Of a stretch of 64,000 nucleotides of DNA, positions 13,681-26,469 are shown piece after piece. Location: contig NC_043008.1 in NCBI RefSeq assembly GCF_006345805.1, positions 17,112,001 through 17,176,000 of the forward strand, written 5' to 3'. The notes beneath the pieces were generated by a model that made no database searches, had not been told where the DNA came from, and worked only from the letters and a program-made list of their open reading frames with translations. The DNA is from Octopus sinensis (lineage: Eukaryota). Position 1 is the first letter of the stretch, and every line of letters begins with the position of its first letter. The position numbers and the translations under genes were made by a program.

Positions 13681-14521
13681 GGAATGGAGATATGAATAAA
13701 ATATGTGTCTATGATAAAAAATCGGGCTGAGGGAGTGCGGTGGTGCAATTGTAGTGGTGGGCGAGGGTGGAGAGTGGATGGTTGTATCACTTATTTGGTT
13801 ATGCTGCAGTTGTTATTGATGTTGCTGTAGTAGATGTGGGATAGGTTGAATGAGTCATAGACAAATATGGCTCATTGTTAAACGTGATGATGATAAATGG
13901 GAAGAAGATCGAAACCAATAAAATTGAGGAGAGTAGGAGTGGCCTGAAGTAAGTGGTCAATATCATATGTACAGAGAGAGGAAGAGGAAGTGGTGTTGAG
14001 AGAGGGGGAGAAATTTCGCTGTATGAGCTATGCTGAGAGGTTTAGCGTGAGGAAGAAGATAGGTCGTATTAGAACAACGGAGGAGACTATAGAGTAAATA
14101 TGATTTGGAAGATGAACAGGCGAAGAGAAAGGGACGAAGAAAAGTGTGGGTGGGCCTGAGACGAAGAGGAAAAAAGAAGGAAGAAAGATAGAGAGAGAGA
14201 GAAAGAGAAGGAAAGAGAGGCAATGGAAACATGATTGTGAAGACGGAGGAGGAAGTGAGGAGTGCAAGCAAGTACAAATGTAAATACAGTGAAAGAAGAG
14301 AAAGAAAGAGATGTCGAGAGGGGGAGATTAAAATCGAACCATAAAAGAACATGGCAGAATTGTAAAATGGTTCAAAAGAAGGATAATGAGGAACACACAG
14401 CAGGGTGATATGCATACATAGTCATACATATATATACATACAAGAACACATGCACATATATATGCACATATAAATGTGTGTGTTTATATAAGTATATATA
14501 TACATACATACCTATATATAC

Positions 14522-14555
<34 letters not shown>

Positions 14556-14705
14556 ATATATATGTGCATACATCTATATAAATATATATATATATATGTA
14601 CATACATATACATATAACTATTATATACATATATATGTGTACATCCATATACATATAAATATTATATATATATACATACATATATATATATACGTATGTA
14701 TATAC

Positions 14706-14737
<32 letters not shown>

Positions 14738-15463
14738 ATGTATATATATATGTGTGTGTGTGTGTGTGGTGTGTGTGTGTATGTATATAACTTCATAAAG
14801 TCTTTGTGGGCAAGAAGAGAAAATTCGTAAAAATAAATACATATATATATATTTTTAAATAAGCAATAATGGAAATAGAGAAGGGTTTAAAGGCTAAAGG
14901 CAGACGTTCAATGAAAGAAAGTCACATGTTTTATATTATAGAAGGATAGATATATTGAAGCAAGTGGGAGGAGAGTATAGTGACTGAAAAAAGTATTTAC
15001 GAATAGTAATATAGACGTAAAGTACACAGACATACGCATATACACACATATGCACATACACATACATACAGACGCATACATACACATACATAAACATATA
15101 TAAATGTATATATGTGTATGTGTGTTTATGAAATCTCAACCACATGATTAGAGGTTCGATCCTACTGCTGTGTACGTTGGGACTTATAGGGCCATGAATA
15201 CGTTTTGAGTAGAAATCAGAGACGAACCTGTGCACCAGTCATGGGAAAACAACAGCCTGCGTGTTGCACTCACGCCACGAGACTTTCTAAGTGGAACGCT
15301 TAACAAAAAGTTACCTTGGATACTTTTAATTGCACAGCCCACCTGATGATGAAATATGTTTCATTGCAGCTTATTTTTTGATGAAGTTTGCCTATTTTTG
15401 CTGTACATAATCTGTTACACACACGTGTACGGATTCATATATATATTTCACTATTTATATAGT

Positions 15464-16588
15464 AATGGAAGGAAGTTTTTTTATGATACATTTGGTGTAT
15501 CTTCTTCCATTATAACTATTCTGTTGATTCAAGGAGCTGGACATACGAAGAATGAAGTTCTCAGGCGGAGTAAATTCAATAACTGTTTATTCAAAGGTGC
15601 TTCGTACAAAGGGTTTGCTTTCAGTAACCATCTTCACAGCAATGCATAGTTAGCCTTCTCTCCCGTACACGTGAGGTTCAATAACCTCTGGAGATAATGC
15701 ATGTGGTATCACAGCGGGACAAAAGTCCGCTCTGAGCTCCTGGCTTCGAAGTCTTGCTCGGCGTCAGCGTGAAAATAATGAGAGAGAAAATGTCTTTTCC
15801 TTAAATAATTGTTAGAGGCGAGATCATGTTTTTGTCTTGCGTATGGCAATAGTTGCAGGCGAGATTTCGCTGTTTCAAAATGGCACTGGCTTCTTTGTGC
15901 CTCGTTATACAGGGGCTCCCCTCTGAGATCGCCAGTGCGAAAGTAGAGAATAAGTGGAGCAGGCACAAGGAAAGATCAAAGATGATAACCGATCGCAAAC
16001 AACAAAATATGGTACAAAAATGTGACAAGTCAAAAAGAAAAGTAATTGCAAGAAATATAAATCGGCATGCACAAAATTTGACAAAATGTTCAATGGCAGA
16101 GTATTGGAATTATTCAGAAACACAAGAAAGCAATTGTCTCTCACATGAAACACAGAAGTGATTGTCAGATATAAATAGTTTTTGGTAATTTTTTTTGGCC
16201 AATGTACAGTACAGCCTGTCCTGGTGACATAAGGTGTGTTTGTGTTAGGTTGTGGCTACAAAGGTGGAGGTGTAGGTGATGGTGTGGTCAAAGGTGTATG
16301 TATGGGTGGATGTGTACGTGGTTGTAAAAAATCAAAATGGAAGGAAAGTTTATGATACTTTTGGGATATCTTCCATCATGATTATTCTGTTGATTCAAGG
16401 AGCTGGAACTACGAAGAATGAAGTTCTCATGCGGAGTAAATTCAATAACTGTTCATTCAAAGGTGCTTCGTACAAAGGGTTTGCTTTCAGTAACCATCTT
16501 CACAGTAGTGCGTAGTTAGCCTTCTCTCCCATACATGTGAGGTTCAATATCCACTAGAGACAATGATTGTTGTATCACAGCGGGACAA
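15464..16588. repeat. Diverged direct duplication of a ~255-bp complex segment (15464-15722 and 16336-16588)
   Basis: Both copies run aatggaagg ... tatcacagcgggacaa and share long identical blocks. Confidence 0.9.
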
Positions 16589-16810
16589 TAATAGAGTTTC
16601 AAACTGTCAGAGAGCACATTAAGCACTGGACTAATGTTGATGTAATAAATAACCTAGCAAGACTATGAAACAACTGTAAACGAATGGAATAAACGTCTAT
16701 TCTTTCACCTAATAGCTGCCGGGGTGGCGACATTTCAAGGCTAACACAATTCAAAAGAACATTGTGACAATCAATTTGTAACAACGTATGATAGTCTGGT
16801 TGACCTACCT

Positions 16811-16932
<122 letters not shown>

Positions 16933-17115
16933 TATAGGAAATGGTCAATATTTAGAATAACGATCACATCAATTGGCCTGCTTGGAAAATTCGGTACAGG
17001 TATATAATAATATAAATATAATTATAATTAAGGGTTCCAAAATAGCATCACCATGCCAGAAATAGAAGTCAAAACTGACTATAGAACCACATCATGTATT
17101 CATATAGCATTCGTG

Positions 17116-17163
<48 letters not shown>

Positions 17164-17581
17164 GTTTATACGTATGTGTGTGTATGTTTATGCTTGCCCT
17201 ACACAATCGCTCCAAAACTACTGTTATTTTGTAGCGGTTCGGCAAGAGAAACGATAGAATAAAGGTAGATCTTATAAAGAAATATTACTGGGAGTGTTTT
17301 GTTCAAGTAAGTCTTTCTAGGCGGTGCTCCTGCATGGCCTCACTTCACTGACTGAAAGAAGAGAATGATGACATATGAAGTATGGGAGTGTTTTGAAGAC
17401 ATATCGTTAAAATAAGGCAATGGATTGTAAACGAATGACTGAAGACGATGAAGCGAAGGAAAAGCCAAAAAGAATCACTATGAAATAAGAAAGAAGCAGA
17501 AAGCTGGAAAGACCGGTCAAGTTGATTGGCATTAAAGGAAAAAATAATTGAGAGTGAGAGATAGAGACAGAGAGAGGGAGA

Positions 17582-17625
<44 letters not shown>

Positions 17626-18070
17626 AGGAGAGAGAGGCAGCCAGACAGAGAGGAAGAGAGAAAGAGACAGACAGAGAAGCAGATGAAGATAAAAACAAAA
17701 TGAGGTATTGTAAGAAAATAAAAAAAACATTGGCCAAATACGATAAAACGTTGGGACATCAAAAATAGTTGAATACATTTCTTTCTAAATAATTTCGACT
17801 TGAATACGGGGCGAAGATATTAATTTCAAAAGGGGTAATATTAATTGGAAGAATTATAGCCATATAAGGAAATATTTGGAAGAAAGAACTAATGAATTTC
17901 GATCGATATATTGACTTGGAGAAATTGGAAAAATACCTCCAAGTCATAAATTCTTTTTTTTTTTTCTTTATTTTTAAAAATTACTTTCCAGAACAGTTTA
18001 GACATTTTCGTATTTAGAAATTAAAGTGAGAGAAAGTAATAAATACAAACACACATACACACACATACAC

Positions 18071-18104
<34 letters not shown>

Positions 18105-18259
18105 GCACACACACAGACATGCTCACACATATACGTGCATATACACATACATATCTATATCTATCTACCATCCTATCTCACTCTTTCTCTCTCTATCTCT
18201 AGCTATCGATCAAACTCTCCCTCTCTCTCTTTCTATACATACATACATAAATACATTTA

Positions 18260-18300
<41 letters not shown>

Positions 18301-18344
18301 CTCTCTTTCTCTATGTATTTGTCTGTCTCTATCCCTGTCTGAAC

Positions 18345-18396
<52 letters not shown>

Positions 18397-18561
18397 GTAT
18401 CTGCGTTTGAAATTTTATACATGAATGTATATGTGCATGCATAAATGAGCAAAAGTAGAGGTACCTGTACCTCTACCGTTACTTACTCATTTACGTTTAA
18501 TTCACCTGTCTCGGAATATGCCCTTTGTAAATATTATGGACCGTATATGCATTATATTAAA

Positions 18562-19075
18562 TAATCGTTCGATCCCCCACAGCTTTTTAAATCCAGGCGA
18601 AACCATTATGGCAGAGAAATACTCTCAGCAAATGAATGAAATGCCTAAGAAACTGCGACAAAAGCCAGCATTGGTCAATAGAAAAAAACAATTCTTCTCC
18701 ACCACAACACTCGGGCGCATGTCATGCAAATGACCCTGCAGAAGTTGAACGATTTGGGCTACGAAATTCTGCCTCATTCGCCATACTCACTAGACATCTC
18801 GCCTACCGACTACCACATTTTCAAGCATCTCGACAACTTCCTGCGGGAGAAATGCTTCAAAGACCTTGGCAATGCGAAACACGCCTTTCAACGACTTCAT
18901 CGCCACCAGAACGCAGGATTTTAACGCTACTGGCATAAATATACTTGTTTCGCGTTGGTAAAAGTTTGTGAATTCTGATGGTGCTTATTTCGATTAATAA
19001 AGTTTTGTTTGGCCGAAATATGTGCATCTGAATTTAAAGGTTAAAAAGCGCAAGAAATTTCTTGAAAACCTAATA
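18562..19075 (+). mobile_element. mariner transposase 3' remnant with right TIR
   Basis: FLNPGETIMAEKY...PALVNRK / LLHHNTRAHV..TLQKLNDLGYEILPHSPYSLDISPTDYHIFKHLDNFLREKCF. Frameshifted; ends aaaacctaaTA. Confidence 0.92.
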
Positions 19076-19219
19076 GTTTAGTCTTCCTAATATTGGCTAA
19101 GACTGCCAAAAACTGAATTAACCTGATATAATCATTAAATTAAATGTGCCACACAGAAAATGAAAAGGGCTGCACGTAAACCGAAGCCATAGTTTGTTTC
19201 GCAACTGCTAAAAACTTAC

Positions 19220-19297
19220 CGTACTTGTTTTGGAAATGAGTCACAATTATCACAAGTGCTTAATTTCGTATTCGTCCAAATGCAGGAGGAAAGGTCA
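19220..19297 (-). CDS. Candidate small exon (DLSSCIWTNTKLSTCDNCDSFPKQVR), unidentified
   Basis: Minus acceptor gattttattttccaAG, canonical GTAAGT donor, 78 nt, one open frame, phase 2-2. Confidence 0.25.
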
Positions 19298-19422
19298 CTT
19301 GGAAAATAAAATCGCGTACAACGTTTTGTTCATGAATACCATTACGTATTGATCAAAATCCATTTCATTGCACCGCACGATTGGTTTTCCTCTGCTCGTT
19401 ATAAATTTATATGGTACTTTTA

Positions 19423-19872
19423 CCTTTTTCATGTTTCAGTCATTTAACGGTGGCCATGGTGAGGTGCCTCCTTCAAATAGTTTTCTATTCGAATGAATGA
19501 ATCCTAGTAGTTATTTTACCTTTTAATACTGGTACTCGTTCTGTCGGCCTGTTGGTAAACTGTTCAGTTATGGGAACGTAAACACACAGACACCGGTTTT
19601 CAAGCACTGATAGAGGAGAAACACAGAGAAACACGCAGGTACACACACAAACGCAAACCACGCAGGCGCACATACATAAACTCACACACACACAACTATA
19701 CATATATATATATATATATATAAGATGATTTTTCTCTCTGAGGTTTTGTGTTCCAAAGCACCTCACAAGGGTTATAGTTGAAGATGCTAGCCCAAAGTGC
19801 AACGCAGTGGAATTGAACTCGGGATCTTGTGTTTGGAAAGTATGCCTCTTAACACGCAGCCACGCGTACGCC
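19423..19872 (-). mobile_element. SINE family B (CORE-like), near full length
   Basis: Reverse-complement match to 33928-34343. Confidence 0.85.
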
Positions 19873-20259
19873 TGTAAGTTATAAGTTATCACGTGTAAAA
19901 TCTTTAAACAAATTTCGGAATGTCCATTGTTGGCAGAGTTTCGATATTATCAAAATTATGAGTTTATAAATTATGTATGCTTAATCTATAATCGATATTC
20001 ATTCAAACACAAGCAACGAAATAAGTTATGTTGCCTACTGTGATACTGTTTTGAGATAATGGTGTTTACCAGCTTAGAATCCCTAAAGGGTTGAAGCAAC
20101 CTTAGTGCGATTCTTATGCACATCGGCTTACAATATCTCATTAGGCAAAATATGATATATTGGTGAAGTGGTTCGATCGGTGTAGCAGAATTATGATGGG
20201 AATCAGACATTGTAAACTTGCTGCCGTTCGGTCGTATACTTCGAATGAATTCGTTATGG

Positions 20260-20655
20260 TTGCCATTCTGGAGGAAGTTTGAATTTAACGCCAAGTAGTG
20301 CCTGACTCTCCTCCGCCAAATCCGCCAGCCAACGACAATGGAAGTTAATAATATATTAACATATATATACTCCAACGCCTTCTTTCAGTTTCCGTCTTTC
20401 AAATTCACTCACAAAGCTTTGGTATGCTTAATCTATAATTAAGTTTGCCATTCTGGAGGAAGTTTGAATTTAACGCCAAGTAGTACCTGGTTCTCCTCAG
20501 TCAAATCCGCCAGCCAACGACAACGGAAATTAATAATATATTAACTCATATATACTCGAAAGCCTTCTTTCAGTTTCCATCTTTCAAATTCACTCACAAA
20601 GCTTTGGTATGCTTAATCTATAATTAAGGTTACCATTCTGGAGGAAGTTTGGATT
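20260..20655. repeat. 185-bp tandem repeat, about 2.1 copies
   Basis: ttgccattctggaggaagttt starts at 20260, 20445 and 20630. Confidence 0.9.
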
Positions 20656-21322
20656 TTGCATTTAAAAAAAACATATATATTTGATGCTTACATGTAGTTC
20701 CTGTAGTTATCTAAAATTCTTGCAAGTTATATCCATACAAGCAAAACTCTAGCTGAGATCTTTTCGCATTTGTAATAGATTCAAGTGCAGTATAAATCGT
20801 ACGCAACTCCTTTGAATATATTGTTGAAGTATTACGTGGCACATGTATCATCTTCTTGTATGGTGTTTTCCTTATCTTGTCGGAAATTTATTGTAATATC
20901 TTTAATTGGCAGCTCCGTTGCTGTTTCCTGCCAAATATTTTACATTATCATTCCCCCAAACTATTCTAAACGAACAACATTTTCAACTATGACAGAGAAT
21001 TATACTTTTCATCGTTTCTGTTAAACATACAGGAATTTACTTTACCCTGTGATACTCCTGTCACAAATCAAATTAACTTGTATCAGTATCATGCTCTCTA
21101 TTGAACTAGAAATATGTCCAGCTCAGAAAAGAATTTTAGGAAAATAATAGCGCAGGCATGAATGTATCGGTAAAAGAATGCTTTGTGAAGTAAACCATGA
21201 CTGTGCGTTTAAAGAGATGGGAATATATCAGAAGTAACATGTAAATGAGCCAGTGGGAGTCATGGCTAACAATAAATACAAAATTTCATTCATTTCCTCC
21301 ATCGGGAATGTGGATGTATATT

Positions 21323-21736
21323 TCTTTAATCCCCTACAAGGGGCTAAACATAGAAGGGACAAACAAGGACAAACAAAGGGATTAAGTAGATTACATCGAC
21401 CCCAGTGCGTAACTGGTACATAATTTATCGACCCCGAAAAAATGAAAGGCAAAGTCGACCTCGGCGGAAATAGAACTCAGAACGTAACTCCAGACGAAAT
21501 ACCTATTTCTTTATTACCCACAAGGGGCTAAACATAGAGGGGACAAACAAGGACAGACATAGGTATTAAGTGGATTACATCGACTCCAGTGCGTAACTGG
21601 TACTTAATTTATAGACCCCGAAAGGATGAAAGGCAAAGTCGACCACGGCGGAACTTGAACTTAGAACGTAGCGGCAGGCGAAATACCGCTGCGCATTTTG
21701 CCCGTCGTGCTAACGATTCTGCCAGCTCGCCGCCTT
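21323..21736 (-). mobile_element. SINE family A head-to-tail dimer (tail variant 2)
   Basis: Full monomer with head ggcggcgagctggcagaa, plus a second unit starting at ggtatttcgtctg. Confidence 0.9.
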
Positions 21737-22164
21737 GCCATGGGGAATATGGATATAATTTAGACACGGTGACCGGATATGGGACAAGCTGATCATATCC
21801 GCTGTCGTTTTTTTAAACATTTATTATCTTTGCTTCTCTTTTCTAAATGTTTTTTATACGTGCAATACTTCACCAGTTAGAGTGAGTATAAAAGTGACCG
21901 AAAGACTAAAGAACCATCAAGACCAAGCCAGAAATATGAAGAAATTGTGGAATACTAAGGTACCTACTGTTGCTGTGGAAACTGATTTACGTGTCAAGAC
22001 ACACAAACCAATCTAATCAGTTAAAGAATAATGAAATTGGTAGAGGTATAATCACAATTTATTAAAGAGTTCTCCTGTATTGTAAAAGATTGTTTAAAAA
22101 TAAAAAAGGCGTGGCTGTGTGGCAAGAATTTTACATCCAAACCACATGGTTTCGGATTCAGTTT

Positions 22165-22270
22165 CACTGCGTGGCACAATTAATGAGTGTCTTCTACTAT
22201 AACCTTAGGATGACCAAAGATTTGTGAGTGAATATGAAAGACGGAAACTGAAAGAAAGATGTCGAGTATA
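22165..22270 (+). mobile_element. SINE family B 5' part
   Basis: ggcgtggctgtgtggcaag ... gacggaaactgaaagaa. Confidence 0.75.
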
Positions 22271-22271
22271 T

Positions 22272-22522
22272 GATTTTGATTTGATTTTGATTTTTCCAGT
22301 TTCAGCTAATGAGCTGTGGCCATGCTGGGGCACCGCCATTTGGTTTGCTACACGATTTTACCTCACGGATGCTTTTTAGCAAACGCCATCTGATGCATGA
22401 GAGAGTTCGATGCAGCTGCCCTCATCTGCACCTCCTGCCGTGAAGTTGGTTCATCCGGGACACCTGACAGGAAGAGATCCAGTCCTACTTTAAAGACATC
22501 CGCATCTACACCATGCAGGTCC
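22272..22522 (-). mobile_element. CR1/L2-group LINE 3' end (ORF2 C-terminus, 3' UTR, (aaatc)n tail)
   Basis: Minus frame DLHGVDADVFKVGLDLFLSGVPDEPTSRQEVQMRAAASNSLMHQ...*. Its 3' UTR matches the SINE B tail. Confidence 0.75.
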
Positions 22523-22663
22523 CTATGTATGTTAATATATTTATTAATTTTAGTAGTCGTTGGCTTGCGGATTTGGCTGAGGAGAATCAGGAACTGCTTG
22601 GCACTAAATTCAAAATCATGATATCAAATTAACCTAGCAATGGTATTTTTAATAGTACCATCG

Positions 22664-22699
<36 letters not shown>

Positions 22700-22920
22700 A
22701 GACTAAATGTGTATGTATGTCTTTGCGTTTGTTCCCCTACCACCGCATGATAAATGGTTTTTGCGTGTTTACGTCACTATAAATTAGCAGTGTGACAAGA
22801 AAAACCAATGAATTAAGTACGACCAGGCTTCAAAAAGCTAAGTACAGCGGGTGATTAGTTTGACTAAAATTCTCCAAAGCTCTGCCCCAGCATGAGCGCT
22901 GTTTAATGACTGAAACACTA
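22700..22920 (+). mobile_element. SINE family B 3' part, degenerate
   Basis: gtgtttacgtcac ... ccccagcatg ... aatgactgaaac. Confidence 0.65.
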
Positions 22921-23277
22921 GACTATTTGCCAACTTCCCATCTTAGCAAATGAGTATAGTTATACAGTGATGCTTATATGCTTCCTCTACTGGTGGCATG
23001 TCTTTTAATTTTGCACATGACATCTGCCAGTTATGCACGATATGACAATTACGTAATTCTGAACTCTCAGATACAGCTGTCGGATTTGAGTAACATACCC
23101 TCTTCCATTAGTTATCTGTATTTTTGTGCTCCGGGTATATTTATTTATTTTATAAATAAATGAATATCTATAAGCTTATACACGAGTGCTCATCTGAAAG
23201 TTTTCAGTTCTTGTTTCTCTCTCTCTATATATGTTTATCTCTATATAGCTACCTATATTTATTTACATATCTATGTA

Positions 23278-23344
<67 letters not shown>

Positions 23345-23347
23345 TTA

Positions 23348-23461
<114 letters not shown>

Positions 23462-24157
23462 TTATATACATATACATATATATGTATTTTATATGTGAAT
23501 CCCCTCCATCACTGTCACTCTCTCCCTCCTCTCTCTCTCTCTCTTCTCTTCTTCTCTATGTACATACATACATTCACATATACACACATGCACAAACACA
23601 GCAATACACACACATACATACACTTATATTGAAAAACACTATATTCCTGAGTGTTTGTCTTGTGAGCGAATACGACCTCTTATTCTCTTTTTTTAGTCTC
23701 TTTCTCTCGCACAGACATACGCACACACATATGCCCACAAACATGCATGTGTGCATCTGTAAATCAGTATGTGTACGAGCGTTTCCTCGAAATTCTTTCC
23801 TCTATAACGATTTCTAAGTCCGTCTAACGATGAAACCATAAGAACACTTTATATGCCAATTATATAAGGGTTTTGAATCCCCAGTGGAACTCATACGAAT
23901 CACATCATTAAAAGTTAGAGAAAGATTAGATGCATTATGTGTGTGTGTATATATATGTGCGTGCGTGTGTGTGTGTGTGTGTGTTGTCAACACTATCCTC
24001 TATATACGCATACATACTTGTATTCATTCACACAGACACACACACAGATATACATGTATATGCACATGCAATCAGGTACATCGTATATATATAAATGATT
24101 TCACGCACAAACATATACACACGCACTCACACACGGAGATATATATATTATATATAT

Positions 24158-24188
<31 letters not shown>

Positions 24189-24382
24189 TATATTATATAT
24201 ATATATATATGTATATATATGTATATATATATATGCATGTATGTATGTGTACGTAGATACTTAGATAAGTTTCAGTCAGTACTGGTCCGCACACACACAA
24301 ATATATACATATATACATGCATACATTCATACATGTGTATGTTCATGCGTATGTATGCACACACACACACATATTGCTTTAA

Positions 24383-24682
24383 TATGAAGAGTATCATCAC
24401 AGGTGATCAATACCGAGTGTCTAAATCCAGTTGCATCTGTCGCGACCCAGGATCCTGTTCACTTGACCAACGATGTACGACTAAATCTATCATATACGAT
24501 GCTGAAGTTACTGCAACCCTAAATAATAATAGAACTGAAAAGAAGACTCCTATTGGATAATGTGAAGGTTAATTTAAAAATCGCTATGCCAATCACGCAG
24601 CTTTCTTCCGACATAGTAAAGCTACGAAGTTGGCTGTTACCTATGGAATTTGAGAGATAACGAAACACTACATAAGGTTAAA
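24383..24682 (+). mobile_element. Penelope-like GIY-YIG endonuclease remnant (5' part)
   Basis: SCICRDPGSCSLDQRCTTKSIIYDAEV...KTPIG*CEG*FKNRYANHAAFFRH matches the PLE zinc-linker plus GIY...YIG pattern. Confidence 0.8.
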
Positions 24683-25078
24683 TCTTTATATATAAAAGAG
24701 AGGTTGTGTGCTGTCTGTCTCCTACGATTTAGATTCCTAACTACTCCCACATTTCGCGGTGCAGTTTAACCAAAACCGGGTATCTTATAGTCGTGATTCA
24801 TATCGAGTCCTTCTGGGTATTAGCGCGCGTCTACGATGAGTCTACGATTAAAAAAAAAATTACCATAAATTTTTCCCAATTTTTAATGCATTTTTGGCAT
24901 ATATAAGGGAAGTAACTCTCTAAAATTTATTATTAAATCTCAGAACGTAAAAGGCTACAGTAACCCCCCCCCCTTTGTGGTTAGCCATATTGATATGGCT
25001 ATTATACTTTACATCTCTAAAAATGCTTGTATAGTTATTTCCCTTACAAACCCGAGCAACGCCGGGCGATATTGCTAG
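24683..25078 (+). mobile_element. Non-autonomous Helitron
   Basis: 5' TC, 3' hairpin cccgagcaacgccggg followed by CTAG, inserted between A and T. Second copy at 40162-40558. Confidence 0.88.
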
Positions 25079-25200
25079 TTGAAAATAATTGAGAAATCCA
25101 TACCTGATGTGAATGGGTAGAATAAATATAGGCTTTATTTAGCTGAAAGAGCGCAGATCCAGTTCAGATCTTAGATCCTTAATTCTCTATTAAACTCTAG
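25079..25200 (+). mobile_element. Penelope-like GIY-YIG remnant (3' part, resumes after the Helitron)
   Basis: Joining the flanks gives WNLRDNETLHKVK|LKIIEKSIPDVNG*NKYRLYLAERAQI. Confidence 0.7.
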
Positions 25201-25678
25201 ATATATATGTATATATCAGTGTAAATAACATAAGCGCAATTAGTCTAGTCCGGTGATATCTCTCTCTCACTCTTTCTCTCTCTCACATTTTCTCTCTTTC
25301 TTACTTCTCTCTCTCACTCTTTCTCTTTCTCTCTCTCTATATATATGTTTTTATTTGTGTGTATGTGTCTCTCAGTGTGTGTGTGTGTGTAAGTATGTGT
25401 GGATGTGTATGTATGCAGATTAAGCATATATACATACAGGTATTGAGGTGTGTGTACTTCATAAGAGATAACTAGTGTTCGTATTCGTGTAAGAGCAAGA
25501 CGGAGATAGGGAATAACTGAAAGTGATGGGGCTCGGAGATGTGATTGTTGTATGAGGTTGGTTGGAATCCAAAACTTTATTTTTACCTTCGATTATTACT
25601 GAAGTAACTGTTAACCAGAATGAAAAAAATTATTCAAAAAGAGATAAAAATATACATCTCTAGGTATAGCTATGTTCG

Positions 25679-25749
<71 letters not shown>

Positions 25750-25752
<3 letters not shown>

Positions 25753-25880
25753 CGACAGGCTTCTTTCAATTTCCGTGTATCAAATCCACTCACGTTGCTT
25801 TTGTCGGCCTCAGACTATAGTAGAATACGCTTTCCCAAGATGCCATGCAGTAGGACTGAACCCCTGAATCATGCGGTTAC
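25750..25880 (-). mobile_element. SINE family B fragment
   Basis: ggcttctttcaatttccgtgtatcaaatccactcac ... gactgaacccctgaatcatgcgg. Confidence 0.75.
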
Positions 25881-25954
25881 ACACAGCCTATATATATGTA
25901 TATATATATATATAATATAATATATATACTATCTATATATATATAGATATATAA

Positions 25955-26462
25955 AGGGGAAGTTTACGAAAATAAACAAACGACGAAGGCAGGTGGTGTA
26001 CAAACAAACAAATATATTAGTATAGCGCTCAGGAATAGAAAAAGTCTTTTACGTTTCGAGCCAACGCTCTTCTACAGAAAGATACACAGAAACATACAAG
26101 GAGAGAAACAAGGAGAGGAAGAAATTGTGTGTAGTAGCTAACGATTTATCATGGCGTCTGATATGTATATATGTATATATCATGACCAATAAAACAATAA
26201 TTATAATAATTTTCATTCTTCTGTCACACTTTTACTCCTTGTTTCTTTTGCACTACGGAGCACCACTCGTCGTGCTATGGGTATGACTAGCGCTTTGTTT
26301 AGTTTATTTGTTTTCGCTTCTATTTCAAATACTGTTCTTAATACGTATAGAGCTTCTACTTTCTTCTTATTTCGATATGTGGATATTTGAATCTCTACAC
26401 TTTTAGCTATATCTTTACCACATTCATTTTAGACCATTCTCAAAATGTAGCCTTGGTGGGTG
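25955..26462 (-). mobile_element. Penelope-like 3' end: endonuclease C-terminus plus pLTR (family H2)
   Basis: Minus frame ECGKDIAKSVEIQISTYRNKKKVEALYVLR..., followed downstream by a hammerhead-like motif. Confidence 0.65.
26045..26082 (-). ncRNA. Minimal hammerhead-like motif H2 with core CUGUAGA
   Basis: rc: tcttt CTGTAGA a gagc gttg gctc GAAA cg TA aaaga. Stems I and II are perfect; stem III is the palindrome ACGU. Confidence 0.65.
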
Positions 26463-26469
26463 GCGGTTG

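Noticed and set aside
15338-15370. CTGATGA followed by a tgaaa/tttca hairpin as a hammerhead
   Set aside because: There is no GAAA after stem II and no stem III or NUH site.
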